From an uncultured Candidatus Saccharibacteria bacterium (GTDB lineage Bacteria; Patescibacteriota; Saccharimonadia; Saccharimonadales; Saccharimonadaceae): 64,000 nucleotides of DNA. The translations under genes and the position numbers were made by a program. The notes under the pieces are model-generated. The model saw only the letters and a program-made list of their open reading frames with translations, ran no database searches and was not told where the DNA came from. Position 1 is the first letter of the stretch. Each line of letters begins with the position of its first letter. Location: positions 30,229 through 94,228 of the forward strand of contig CAUUVR010000003.1 in the NCBI GenBank assembly GCA_963548945.1, in the 5' to 3' direction. Shown in pieces: positions 27,478 through 36,687 of this stretch.

Positions 27478-28188
27478 ATGAGAGGAGATAATAAAATTAT
27501 GAGACATGGGATTATTGATAGCCTTCATAAATCAGTATCCGAGTGGAAAGCAATACCAGAAAACCTTAGGAGTGGAGAAAAAAGAAAAAGAATACCTGCT
27601 ATTTTTGGTGTTGTAGGTTCGGCGGTGCTAGCTTGCGTGGGAATAAAACTCGGTGTAGGTATAGCTGCAGACATAGATGAAAGTATGAAAAACCAAGCGG
27701 CAGCAGTCCAAGAAGGACTCAATAGACCAAGTTGTACCACTGAAGTTACTGATAAACAGCAGACACCGGAGCATGAAATCATTATTCCAGCAGGTCAAAC
27801 ATATGCAACAATAGAAGTTCCTGAGTCACAAACAGTAACAATGACATTGGGCGAAGGCTGCCGTCCCGGCACTCCCGGCAGAGAGGTGAAAGTAGGCGTC
27901 GAGAATGAGTTGTGGAATAAGGTACAGCCAGGCGATATGCTTTATCATCCCGGCGGATCTACTGATTGGGATGTATATGATAACTATCCGGTTTCTATGG
28001 ATGATTCGACCGGCTCAAAGGAGAATAATCCAATGAATAATAACGGCAATGATACCATTGTCCGCGATTTGCCAACTGTCGGTACTGGTCAGGTAAGCCC
28101 AGCTGCAGCTCAAGAGAAATATTCTGAGCCAGCCGCCAGCGAGTTTTATATTAGTCCTCAGGCACTGGAAGAGATAGCTAGTAATTAG
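27478..28188 (+). CDS. Hypothetical single-TM protein (start may be 27499)
   Basis: 236-aa ORF with one TM; GAGGAG before the second ATG. Confidence 0.7.
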   Translation: MRGDNKIMRHGIIDSLHKSVSEWKAIPENLRSGEKRKRIPAIFGVVGSAVLACVGIKLGVGIAADIDESMKNQAAAVQEGLNRPSCTTEVTDKQQTPEHEIIIPAGQTYATIEVPESQTVTMTLGEGCRPGTPGREVKVGVENELWNKVQPGDMLYHPGGSTDWDVYDNYPVSMDDSTGSKENNPMNNNGNDTIVRDLPTVGTGQVSPAAAQEKYSEPAASEFYISPQALEEIASN

Positions 28189-28196
28189 CACCGTCG

Positions 28197-28400
28197 TTAT
28201 CGCGGCTTCTTGTTTTCGCCAGCGACTATCTGCACGATCATGGCTATAAGAAAAGTTATCATGCCAGCCATATTGGCAACCAGGCAGACAGTTTTGTATT
28301 TGTTCGGCGCTAGCACCTGCAGCAGCGCGCCCGCGCCCATCAGCGCGAAAGATACGAAAAATAGCGGATGAAGTTTAATGCGCGATCTCATACGGATCAT
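28197..28400 (-). CDS. Small 2-TM membrane protein
   Basis: Two hydrophobic helices with basic ends. Confidence 0.55.
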   Translation of the reverse strand: MIRMRSRIKLHPLFFVSFALMGAGALLQVLAPNKYKTVCLVANMAGMITFLIAMIVQIVAGENKKPR

Positions 28401-28426
28401 ATTATATAGCATTGCCGATAAAATGA

Positions 28427-28475
28427 AAATCCGCCTAGATCAAACGCCGGCTGAAAGCGCTCGCTAGGCGGATTT
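28427..28475. repeat. 12-bp perfect inverted repeat, probable terminator
   Basis: AAATCCGCCTAG-N25-CTAGGCGGATTT. Confidence 0.6.
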
Positions 28476-28497
28476 GCAAATTGTAGGGAGACAACCG

Positions 28498-28838
28498 CTA
28501 AAAGCTAGCTTCGCCTGGCTGCTCGCCTCGTCTTACGTCTCTGTCATTTAGTTGATCAAGTGCATCTAAAACAGTGTCTTGTGCTTCTAGTAATAGACCT
28601 TTAAGCATTCCTGCAACTGTCTCTGGATCAACGACAGCAGCTCTATCGCCAAGTTTTCTGTGGGCTCTCACTCCTAAGAGGTAGCCGACAAACACGGCTT
28701 CCTTCATAACTTTCGGGTCAGCAAACATACCCTCAGTTTCTTCTGCTAGCGCTGCGAAATCGCCTTGCAGGTCGGCAAGCATGCGCCATGACTCTGTTCT
28801 ATCGCCTGAACGCCCCCCCCCATTAAACTTTCACTCAT
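28498..28838 (-). pseudogene. Hypothetical protein out of frame at or near a G9 tract
   Basis: AAGGAG SD plus ATG at 28838, 56 nt upstream of the 94-aa ORF; +1 nt restores the frame. Confidence 0.5.
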
Positions 28839-28995
28839 AATACGTAAAACTCCTTTTCTTTAATTTATACGTGTCGGCACTGTAGCATGAAACTGCTTAA
28901 AATGCAAATATCAGATGCGAAGTCGGCGTATGTCGTATTTCAGAAGAACTTGACAATGAAGTCGGCTAGTATTAACCAAATAGCAGATCGCGTTC

Positions 28996-29559
28996 TTAAT
29001 AACTTACAGGAGAACTATCGTTAATATACGACAGTATCAGTTCTATCAAAGCTGGTATATTTTTATAGTCGTGGTCGTTACTTTCTATGCGCTTCGCAAT
29101 AGTATTTTCCAGATTTTTTGTCATTAAATGTACTCTATCATATGATCCCATGGGATCGCCGGCTGCTTGTATATATAGCGTTGGTGTTTGAAATTTTTGA
29201 AGAAGTGTTTCGTAATCAATACACCTCTCCCTTGCATATTCAAGAGGAAATCCTATAAAAATAGCCTTCTTTAAGCTCGCACCTGTATACATATTTGCCG
29301 TGGCAGTTACGAGAGAGCCTGCTGACTTTGCTATTACTACTGACACATCGTTGGTCGATAAATATTCAGACAGTTTTTTTGCTTCTTCTGGAATGTTTAT
29401 TTCACCGCCATCCCTCCAGTGGGTATAGTTAAATACTGACACCGAGTATCTGTGCAGATCTAACAACTCATCTCGCAGCTTCATTACCCAGCTGATATTC
29501 TTCTTACTTGCTCCAGCAAGTAAGAGTATGTTCACAATATTCTCTTTACTGCCTTGCAT
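28996..29559 (-). CDS. Small alpha/beta hydrolase-fold protein
   Basis: IAKSAG elbow, GFP, GDP and DHDY motifs. Confidence 0.7.
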   Translation of the reverse strand: MQGSKENIVNILLLAGASKKNISWVMKLRDELLDLHRYSVSVFNYTHWRDGGEINIPEEAKKLSEYLSTNDVSVVIAKSAGSLVTATANMYTGASLKKAIFIGFPLEYARERCIDYETLLQKFQTPTLYIQAAGDPMGSYDRVHLMTKNLENTIAKRIESNDHDYKNIPALIELILSYINDSSPVSY

Positions 29560-29664
29560 AATATTATCTCCAAAGAATCCATAAGGCGCATCATAAGCAC
29601 TGGGATTGGTTAGAATTATTATAGCATATTTAGTAAAGTGCTATTTCTATAATTTTCTCGCTAT

Positions 29665-29700
29665 AAAATAAATACCCTTCATAGCGAGGGTATTTATTTT
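29665..29700 (-). terminator. Terminator ending the ribosomal operon after rpsH
   Basis: AAAATAAATACCCT-loop-AGGGTATTTATTTT. Confidence 0.75.
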
Positions 29701-29715
29701 ATTTACTACGATGTT

Positions 29716-30117
29716 CTAGTACACCTTCAGTAGCAACTCACCACCAAGCTTAGCCTTGGCTGCTTCGGCGCCAGTCATGACACCTTTTGAGGTTGAGATG
29801 AGTACTAGACCGCGGCCGCTTTTCACCTTTGGAATCTCGCTAGCGCCGACGTAAACGCGACGACCAGGTTTTGAGACACGGGTGATCTCGTTGATGGTGC
29901 TGTTGGTACCTTCTTCGTTGATGGTCACGACCAGCACGCCGCGAGGCTTGGCGTCCTCTAGTTTAACATCTGCGAGGTAGCCGTTTTTGACTAATTGTTC
30001 AGCGATGACTTTTTTCATCTTGCTGGACGGAACACGAACTTCCGTCTTGCCAACCAGTTTCGCATTGCGAATGCGCGTCAGAAGGTCGGCGATTGGGTCT
30101 GTAGTTTGCATAGACAT
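29716..30117 (-). CDS. rpsH: 30S ribosomal protein S8
   Basis: DPIADLLTRIRNA; SKPGRRVY; GGELL. Confidence 0.97.
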   Translation of the reverse strand: MSMQTTDPIADLLTRIRNAKLVGKTEVRVPSSKMKKVIAEQLVKNGYLADVKLEDAKPRGVLVVTINEEGTNSTINEITRVSKPGRRVYVGASEIPKVKSGRGLVLISTSKGVMTGAEAAKAKLGGELLLKVY

Positions 30118-30137
30118 TGTCGAATCTCCTTTCCTTC

Positions 30138-30407
30138 TTACCAACTACTCTTTGTTATGCCTGGGATTTCGCCCTTGGCTGCTTTTTCGCGGAAATTGAT
30201 GCGGCTCAGGCCGAACTGGCGCATGTAGCCGCGTGGACGGCCGGAAATGCTGTCGCGGTTCTTGTGCCGGGTTGGGCTTGAGTTGCGAGGCAATTTCTGC
30301 AAACCGTCGAGGTCGCCAAGCTCCTTCAATTTAGCGCGTTTGGCTGCGAACTTAGCGATCAGCTTCAGGCGCTTTTTGTCGCGAGCGATCATTGATTTCT
30401 TAGCCAT
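30138..30407 (-). CDS. rpsN: 30S ribosomal protein S14 (89-aa, Cys-free, zinc-independent type)
   Basis: MAKKSM...[12 protein letters not shown]...GRPRG...KSSW. Confidence 0.97.
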   Translation of the reverse strand: MAKKSMIARDKKRLKLIAKFAAKRAKLKELGDLDGLQKLPRNSSPTRHKNRDSISGRPRGYMRQFGLSRINFREKAAKGEIPGITKSSW

Positions 30408-30991
30408 TACCTGACGCCTCCTTTCTTCTCAAACGGCATGCCAAATTTCTCTAGCAAGGCTTTTGATGCTTCCTTACTGCCGTTCTTGATGACGAATGTT
30501 ACTTGCAACCCGTGCAAAATCTGTGTTTCCTCAAACGTTAGCTCTGGGAAAATTGACTGTTCGATGATGCCCAGGTTGTAGTTACCACCTTTGTCAAACT
30601 TCAGGCCGACGCCGTGGAAGTCGCGGACGCGAGGCAGGGCCACGTTGATCAGGCGATCCATGAACTCGTACATCCTGCTGCCGCGCAGCGTGACGCTAAC
30701 GCCAATTGGCGCGCCCATACCTTTACGGATGCTAAAGCCAGCGATTGACTTCTTTGCCTGGCGGGCAACTGGTGCCTGACCGGTGATCTTTGCAACGGTG
30801 TTTTTGACAATTTCAAAGTGACGCTTGTCATCTTTCTTTTTGCCGGTGCCAACGCTCACGATGATCTTTTCCAAAGCTGGCACTTGGTGCACGTTCTTTA
30901 GATCTAGTTCGGCTTGCAGTTCCTTCAGGTATTTCTCCTGGTACAAGGCTTTCAAGCGAGGAGCTGGCACGACGGTTTTCTTCTCTGCCAT
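30407..30991 (-). CDS. rplE: 50S ribosomal protein L5
   Basis: ITGQ.P, VTLRG and LPRVRDF motifs. Confidence 0.97.
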   Translation of the reverse strand: MAEKKTVVPAPRLKALYQEKYLKELQAELDLKNVHQVPALEKIIVSVGTGKKKDDKRHFEIVKNTVAKITGQAPVARQAKKSIAGFSIRKGMGAPIGVSVTLRGSRMYEFMDRLINVALPRVRDFHGVGLKFDKGGNYNLGIIEQSIFPELTFEETQILHGLQVTFVIKNGSKEASKALLEKFGMPFEKKGGVR

Positions 30992-31311
30992 TATTTGATC
31001 TCCTTATTTTTTGCTTGGCGAGCGACGCGAGTTTTGCCGCCGTCAGCGTTCTTTACTAAACCAACCCGGCTGGTTTTGCCTGACTTTTCGTCAACAACCA
31101 GCGCGACCTTGCTGATGTCCATCGGTACGTGGATGTCTTTCTTGCCGCCTTTTGGATTGTACTGGCTTGGTTTGACGTGGCGGTGTCCGACGCCAACACC
31201 TTCGACCAAAACAGTCTGATCTTTGGTGTTAACTTTCAGGACTTTACCGGTCGTACCTTTGTTTTTACCAGCAATGATTTTTACGGTGTCATCTTTGTGA
31301 ATACGAGCCAT
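30991..31311 (-). CDS. rplX: 50S ribosomal protein L24
   Basis: KOW motif D.VKIIAGKNKG; operon position. Confidence 0.96.
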   Translation of the reverse strand: MARIHKDDTVKIIAGKNKGTTGKVLKVNTKDQTVLVEGVGVGHRHVKPSQYNPKGGKKDIHVPMDISKVALVVDEKSGKTSRVGLVKNADGGKTRVARQAKNKEIK

Positions 31312-31679
31312 TAGAGTACCTCCGGAGCCAAGCTGATGATCTTCATGTAGCCCATGTCGCGTAGTTCGCGTGGTACTGGGCCGAAGACGCGGGTAGCCTT
31401 TGGCTGCTTGTCATCGTTGATAATCACCACGGCGTTGTCATCAAAGCAGATGGTCGAGCCGTCTTTGCGGTGGATTTGGTCGCGGGTGCGAACTACCACA
31501 GCTTTGACGACAGATTTCTTTTTGACGTTGCCGGTTGGGCTAGCGTCCTTGACTGAACAGACGATCACGTCGCCAACGCGAGCGTAGCGGCGGCGGGTAC
31601 CACCGAGGACGCGGATGCACAATACTTCTTTGGCACCCGAGTTGTCAGCTACCTTGAGGCGAGATTCTTGTTGGATCAT
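31311..31679 (-). CDS. rplN: 50S ribosomal protein L14
   Basis: MIQ...[18 protein letters not shown]. Confidence 0.98.
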   Translation of the reverse strand: MIQQESRLKVADNSGAKEVLCIRVLGGTRRRYARVGDVIVCSVKDASPTGNVKKKSVVKAVVVRTRDQIHRKDGSTICFDDNAVVIINDDKQPKATRVFGPVPRELRDMGYMKIISLAPEVL

Positions 31680-31987
31680 TTGTCGTCCTCCTTGGTCTCT
31701 TCCTCAGTTTCGCCAGAAACTTCAGCCTTTAGTTTGATAGAACCGCGAGACTTTTCAATCACTTTGACCAGCGTAAAGCTCTTGGTCTTGGAAATTGGGC
31801 GGGTCTCTTCGATTTGCACCTTGTCGCCTTCGCCTGCTTGATTGGTCTCATCATGAGCAGTGTATTTGCGAGTCACGGTGTACTGTTTGCCGTAGAGCGG
31901 ATGCGTTTCGCGGCTGGTGACCGTCACGGTGATGGTCTTGTCGCGCTTGGCACTCGTTACGACGCCAATCAGTGTTCGTCGGGCCAT
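31676..31987 (-). CDS. rpsQ: 30S ribosomal protein S17
   Basis: HPLYGK, AHDE and ETRPISKTK motifs. Confidence 0.97.
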   Translation of the reverse strand: MARRTLIGVVTSAKRDKTITVTVTSRETHPLYGKQYTVTRKYTAHDETNQAGEGDKVQIEETRPISKTKSFTLVKVIEKSRGSIKLKAEVSGETEEETKEDDK

Positions 31988-32193
31988 TACTTGCTCTCCT
32001 TTTCGTTAATTTGTGTCAGCAGGCGTGCGATGTCCTTGCGGAGTGAACGCAACGCTTTTGGATTAACTAATTCGCCAGCAGCGTGAGAACGTTTTGCCTG
32101 AAGCAGGTCATTTCGCTTTTCGGCGACTTCCTTTTTCAAATTATCAACGGTCTTTACAACTGCTGCCTTTGCGGTTTTCTTTGCGTCAGCCAT
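31987..32193 (-). CDS. rpmC: 50S ribosomal protein L29
   Basis: RKDIARLLT motif; operon position. Confidence 0.93.
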   Translation of the reverse strand: MADAKKTAKAAVVKTVDNLKKEVAEKRNDLLQAKRSHAAGELVNPKALRSLRKDIARLLTQINEKESK

Positions 32194-32606
32194 TATGCGT
32201 CCTCCCGCTTGATGAACTTACATTTGACTGGTAGTTTGTGGCTCGCCAGGCGCATTGCTTCGCGGGCTACTTCCTCGGAAACGCCCTGCATTTCAAACAT
32301 CACCGTGCCGGCCTTGACCTTAGCAACAAAGAACTCTGGATTACCTTTGCCACCACCCATCTTCAAACCAAGTGGCTTGCGAGTAACTGGGGTGTGTGGG
32401 AAAATCCGGATCCAAATCTTACCGCCACGCTTGATGTAGCGGGTCATCGCCTGACGGGCAGACTCGATTTGGCGGGAGTTGATGCGCTCGTTTGACTGTG
32501 ATTGCAGTGCAAAGTCGCCGAACGCGATGTAATTACCACGGGTTGCTTGACCACGGTTTTTACCGATACGCACTTTGCGGTGCTTGGTTTTCTTTGGTAA
32601 TAGCAT
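32193..32606 (-). CDS. rplP: 50S ribosomal protein L16
   Basis: MLLPK..KHRK; MGGGKG; KLP. Confidence 0.98.
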   Translation of the reverse strand: MLLPKKTKHRKVRIGKNRGQATRGNYIAFGDFALQSQSNERINSRQIESARQAMTRYIKRGGKIWIRIFPHTPVTRKPLGLKMGGGKGNPEFFVAKVKAGTVMFEMQGVSEEVAREAMRLASHKLPVKCKFIKREDA

Positions 32607-33242
32607 TTAGCGACTCCTTTCTCCCTTATAAATCCACACTTTCACGCCGATGATACCAGCTGGTGTCTGGGCGCGAGCACAGTGGAAGTCAATATCAGCG
32701 CGCAGGGTGTGAAGCGGCACTGAGCCTTCAATCACCTTCTCGCGGCGTGCCATTTCAGCACCGTTCAAACGACCAGCCACCTCGATGCGGATACCTTTGG
32801 CGCCAGCACTCATGGTGTTTTGTGCGGTCATTTTGGTTGCGCGGCGGAAGTTGATGCGGCGCTCCAACTGGCGGGCGATGTTCTCAGCCACCAATTTGGC
32901 TGCCAATTCCGGTCGGCGCACTTCTTCGATGTTGATGCGAACTGCCTGACCGACAATTTTCTCAACTTGCTTTTTCAATTCATTCACGCCAGCACCGCCG
33001 CGGCCGATCACCACACCAGCTTTCGCCGTGTGAATAGTTACCGTGATCAAGTTGGCACTCCGCTCAATCTCAATGCGATTGATGGTTGGGCGTGAGGCAA
33101 ATTTCTTCTCAATCAATTCGCGGATTTCGTGATCCTGGCGAATTGCCTCCGCAAACTCTTTCTTATTGGCCGTAAACCAACGAGAGCTCCAGTTCTTGTG
33201 AACTTGTAGGCGGAAGTTGATTGGATTCACTTTTTGACCCAT
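32607..33242 (-). CDS. rpsC: 30S ribosomal protein S3
   Basis: MGQKVNP; GRLNGAEMAR; PLHTLRADID. Confidence 0.98.
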   Translation of the reverse strand: MGQKVNPINFRLQVHKNWSSRWFTANKKEFAEAIRQDHEIRELIEKKFASRPTINRIEIERSANLITVTIHTAKAGVVIGRGGAGVNELKKQVEKIVGQAVRINIEEVRRPELAAKLVAENIARQLERRINFRRATKMTAQNTMSAGAKGIRIEVAGRLNGAEMARREKVIEGSVPLHTLRADIDFHCARAQTPAGIIGVKVWIYKGERSR

Positions 33243-33416
33243 TTACTTCTCCTCCTCTTCTTCTGGTAGATATTGACCAACAGTGAGCTGACGTATATCT
33301 TCAGAGCTAATCACATCGCTAGTGATACCAACTTGTCCTAGAGATACTGTCAATTCTTCATTAAGCATTGCACGCTCAGCTGGAGTAGGAGCATGGTTTG
33401 GATTTAATACGCTCAT
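33243..33416 (-). CDS. Orphan 57-aa acidic protein inserted between rplV and rpsC (missing from the ORF track)
   Basis: MSVLNPNHAPTPAERAMLNEELTVSLGQVGITSDVISSEDIRQLTVGQYLPEEEEEK; TAATG overlap with rplV; AAGGAGG SD; fills the gap exactly. Confidence 0.75.
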   Translation of the reverse strand: MSVLNPNHAPTPAERAMLNEELTVSLGQVGITSDVISSEDIRQLTVGQYLPEEEEEK

Positions 33417-33853
33417 TATGCTTCCTCCTTCTTCGCAGGCTTGGCAGGTTTGGTCTCTGCTTTAGCCTTGGTCTCTGGTTTTTTCGCAGGCGCTTTCTTT
33501 GGCTTCTCAGTACCAGTTACTTCAACCAAGATGTTTGACGTCTTTTTCTGGAATGGCAACGCACGACCGCGTGACGCTGGCTTAAAGCGACGCAGGCGCG
33601 TACCAGTGGTAACACTCAGCGTGGTAATTACCAAGCTTTTGGCATCCAAACCATGATTGTTGATGGCGTTTGCCTTGGCGCTGTCGATAGCCTTTTTGAC
33701 GGGCAAGGCAGCGCGTTTCGGCACGTGCTCCAAGATAACCAATGCGTCAGCGACGGTACGGCCGCGTACCAGGGCTGCCACCAGACTGACCTTGCGTGGT
33801 GTTTGATCAACACCTTTGGTGTAAGCGCGAACAGTATACGTAGTATCAGCCAT
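33416..33853 (-). CDS. rplV: 50S ribosomal protein L22 with Lys/Pro/Ala tail
   Basis: TPRKV.LVA.LVRG; SAKANA; RGRA. Confidence 0.96.
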   Translation of the reverse strand: MADTTYTVRAYTKGVDQTPRKVSLVAALVRGRTVADALVILEHVPKRAALPVKKAIDSAKANAINNHGLDAKSLVITTLSVTTGTRLRRFKPASRGRALPFQKKTSNILVEVTGTEKPKKAPAKKPETKAKAETKPAKPAKKEEA

Positions 33854-33855
33854 GA

Positions 33856-34122
33856 TTACTTCTTATCCTTTCCGCCGTGCTTACGGAACTTACGAGTTGG
33901 GCTAAACTCACCGAGTTTGTGGCCAACCATGTTTTCGGTAATCAGCACTGGCACGTGCATCTTACCGTTGTAGACAGCAATCGTTCGACCGACCATTTCT
34001 GGGGTGATAGTCGAAGCGCGCGCCCACGTTTTGATAACGGTTCGATCGTCAAGGCTGAGAGCAGCGACTTTTTTCGCAAGCTTCACATCGACGAATGGAC
34101 CTTTCTTTAATGAACGACTCAT
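33856..34122 (-). CDS. rpsS: 30S ribosomal protein S19
   Basis: [23 protein letters not shown]. Confidence 0.98.
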   Translation of the reverse strand: MSRSLKKGPFVDVKLAKKVAALSLDDRTVIKTWARASTITPEMVGRTIAVYNGKMHVPVLITENMVGHKLGEFSPTRKFRKHGGKDKK

Positions 34123-34128
34123 CGTGAT

Positions 34129-34968
34129 TTACCTCTTCCTCTTCGCGTCGTGACGCGTGCGTACGATTAATTTATTTGAGCCTTTGCGGCGGCGAGTTCG
34201 ATAACCCAGCGTCAATTGACCCCATGGCGTACGTGGCGCTTTACCGGTACCGTGGCGACCACCGTCACCACCACCATGCGGGTGATCGGCGGCGTTCATG
34301 ACCACACCGCGAACCGTTGGGCGAATACCCTTGCGGCGGCGGCGACCAGCTGAACCGATCTTCACGTTCTGGTGCTGGACGTTACCGACTGTACCGATGG
34401 CAGCGGTTGCTTCCAAGCGAACTTTGCGAACTTCACCAGATGGCAATTTGATGGTTGCGTAATTGCCTTCTTTGGCCATCAACTGAGCTTTAGCACCGGC
34501 GGCGCGAACCATTTGCGCACCTTTGCCGGCAGTCAGTTCAATAGCATAAATCATCGTACCAACAGGGATAGCAGACAATGGCAGGCGGTTTGAGGCCTCA
34601 ATTGGCGCTTCCTCGCCAGTCTGAATTGTCTTGCCCTTGACCATTGAGGTATCGGCCAACACGTAGTGGTACAAATTGTACTGATCTTTCACTCGAGCGA
34701 TACGTGCTGAGCGGTTTGGATCGTACTCAATTTCTTCAACCGTCAGAGTCAATCCAGCCGGCAAATTGTGGTTCACCAAACGGTAGTGACGACGAACGCC
34801 ACCGCCGCGATGACGCACGGTGATGCGGCCTTGGTTGTTGCGGCCAGCATTTTGCTTTTTGGCTTTGATTAGACTTTTGAGCGGTTTCTTCGTCGTGATG
34901 TCCGACAAATCCTGGCTCGTCATGCCGCGACGAGCAGGAGTGGTTGGATTGTAAGCTTTCACTGGCAT
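34129..34968 (-). CDS. rplB: 50S ribosomal protein L2
   Basis: GRNNQGRIT; EYDPNRSA; MNAADHPHGGG. Confidence 0.98.
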   Translation of the reverse strand: MPVKAYNPTTPARRGMTSQDLSDITTKKPLKSLIKAKKQNAGRNNQGRITVRHRGGGVRRHYRLVNHNLPAGLTLTVEEIEYDPNRSARIARVKDQYNLYHYVLADTSMVKGKTIQTGEEAPIEASNRLPLSAIPVGTMIYAIELTAGKGAQMVRAAGAKAQLMAKEGNYATIKLPSGEVRKVRLEATAAIGTVGNVQHQNVKIGSAGRRRRKGIRPTVRGVVMNAADHPHGGGDGGRHGTGKAPRTPWGQLTLGYRTRRRKGSNKLIVRTRHDAKRKR

Positions 34969-35288
34969 TACTTGGTCTCCTCCATCTGCTGCTCTACTGC
35001 GTCAAACACATCGAGCTTATCGCCATCTTTCAGCGTCACGTAAGCTTTCTTCCAATCCTTGCGCGTGGTCGTGCCAGGATAGCGGTTCTTGCCTCGTGAG
35101 AAACGCACAGCCTTGCCGTCTTGTACCAAGGTTTTTACCTTTAGGACAGTGACGTCAAATTGCGCTTCAACTGCTGCTTTGATCTCGTTTTTATTCAGGT
35201 TGAGCGGAACGCGGAACACGTACACGCCATTGGCGCTCTGTGCGTAGGCTTTCTCGCTAATGCGTGGGATAATTGTCATCTGTTTCAT
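34968..35288 (-). CDS. rplW: 50S ribosomal protein L23
   Basis: ISEKA; K.EIK.AVE; WKKAYVTL. Confidence 0.97.
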   Translation of the reverse strand: MKQMTIIPRISEKAYAQSANGVYVFRVPLNLNKNEIKAAVEAQFDVTVLKVKTLVQDGKAVRFSRGKNRYPGTTTRKDWKKAYVTLKDGDKLDVFDAVEQQMEETK

Positions 35289-35289
35289 A

Positions 35290-35889
35290 TTACGCTTCCT
35301 CCTTACTCAGCCACTCAGTGATTACTGGCAGAGCTTTCGGGGTCATGACAATGGTATCCGCATTCAGAATGTGGTAGACGCTGAGGTAGCTTGCACGAAT
35401 CACCAATACGTTCTGAATGTTGTTTGTGGCGCGCATCAACTCTGGCGTCTTTTCGTCGACGACGATCAGTACGCGGCGCTCAAACTTGTTATCAGCCAAG
35501 AAGGCTGCGACCTCTTTGGTCTTGCCAGTCGTCTTGATGTCTTTAACGACGATCTTCTTCGCTTCATTGGCTACCGTCAAGGCTTGGCGAATTGCCACTT
35601 TCTTGGCGGTTTTGGACAATTTTTTGATGTAGTTTTCGTTGCCGCGCGGGCCAAAGACCACACCACCGCCGCGCCAGATTGGGTTACGGGTTGAACCGAA
35701 ACGTGCTCGACCAGTTCCCTTTTGCTTCCATGGCTTTTTACCGCCGCCGGAAACTTCACCACGCTGCTTGGTGGTTGCGCTTGCAAAACGAGCGTTGGCC
35801 AGGTAGCTATCGTATGCCAATTTCAACAGTTCGTGGTTTGGCACGTCAACAGCAAAAATGTCTTTAGGAAGTTTGGTTGATTCAGCCAT
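35290..35889 (-). CDS. rplD: 50S ribosomal protein L4
   Basis: GGGKKPWKQKGTGRAR; GGGVVFGP. Confidence 0.98.
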   Translation of the reverse strand: MAESTKLPKDIFAVDVPNHELLKLAYDSYLANARFASATTKQRGEVSGGGKKPWKQKGTGRARFGSTRNPIWRGGGVVFGPRGNENYIKKLSKTAKKVAIRQALTVANEAKKIVVKDIKTTGKTKEVAAFLADNKFERRVLIVVDEKTPELMRATNNIQNVLVIRASYLSVYHILNADTIVMTPKALPVITEWLSKEEA

Positions 35890-36503
35890 TACTTGTTACC
35901 TCCTAAAATGATCAGCCCTTTTCGCGGCCCAGGGACAGCGCCCTTCACCCCGATCAGATTGGTCTCTGGATCAACATATGCCACTTCCAAGTTCTTGACG
36001 GTAACGCGCTCGTGACCCATGTGGCCAGCCATCGTCTTACCCTTGAACACTTTTTGTGGATACATCGAGCCAATTGAACCTGGCTTACGAGTATTACCTT
36101 TACCACCGTGCGTCTTGCGGTGACGCTTAAAGTTGTGGCGTTTAATGGTTCCAGCGAAACCTTTACCTTTGCTGGTTCCGGTCGCATCGACAGAATCGCC
36201 GACTTCGAACGCGGAAACGTTGATTTCATCGCCAACTTTGAGCCCCTCAGGGATCTCGTCGACGCGGAATTCCCGAATGTGCTTCGGGGTCACTTGGGCT
36301 GGCTTGACGTGTCCAGCCACGGCCTTGCTCAGGTTCTTACCCTCTCCATAAGCGACCTGTACCGCATTGTAACCGTCGGTTTCGACAGTCTTCACCTGAG
36401 TCACGGTGACAGGGCCGGCTTGGATCAGCGTTACCGGAATGGCTTTGCCGTCTTCAGCCAAGAGCTGGGTCATACCAAGTTTGGTACCGAGAAGTGTTTT
36501 CAC
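35889..36503 (-). CDS. rplC: 50S ribosomal protein L3
   Basis: G.KLGMTQ; SKGKGF.G; KGAVPG; GTG start. Confidence 0.98.
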   Translation of the reverse strand: MKTLLGTKLGMTQLLAEDGKAIPVTLIQAGPVTVTQVKTVETDGYNAVQVAYGEGKNLSKAVAGHVKPAQVTPKHIREFRVDEIPEGLKVGDEINVSAFEVGDSVDATGTSKGKGFAGTIKRHNFKRHRKTHGGKGNTRKPGSIGSMYPQKVFKGKTMAGHMGHERVTVKNLEVAYVDPETNLIGVKGAVPGPRKGLIILGGNK

Positions 36504-36660
36504 TTTTCCTCACTCCCACTTAAATACTCCTGATGACGTGCGGTTTCTGGGTTCTGAGTGAGGCGTTCAAAACGAGCGCTTCAATCATAGCCAGACCTGC
36601 TCATTCATCAAGGAGAACAGTTGATATTACGCGTAATAGAAATTACCTCTCTATTATAGC
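36504..36660 (-). promoter_or_regulatory. rplC promoter and long-hairpin leader (candidate r-protein autoregulatory leader)
   Basis: TGcTATAAT at about 36653-36661; stems CTCC.TGATGA/TCATCAGGAG and TCTGG/CCAGA. Confidence 0.5.
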
Positions 36661-36687
36661 ACGCCAGACGCTATGCTGTCAACGAAA

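Noticed and set aside
29987..36533. Numerous + strand ORFs over the ribosomal operon (also over tuf, typA and glgB)
   Set aside because: Antisense shadows of conserved genes.
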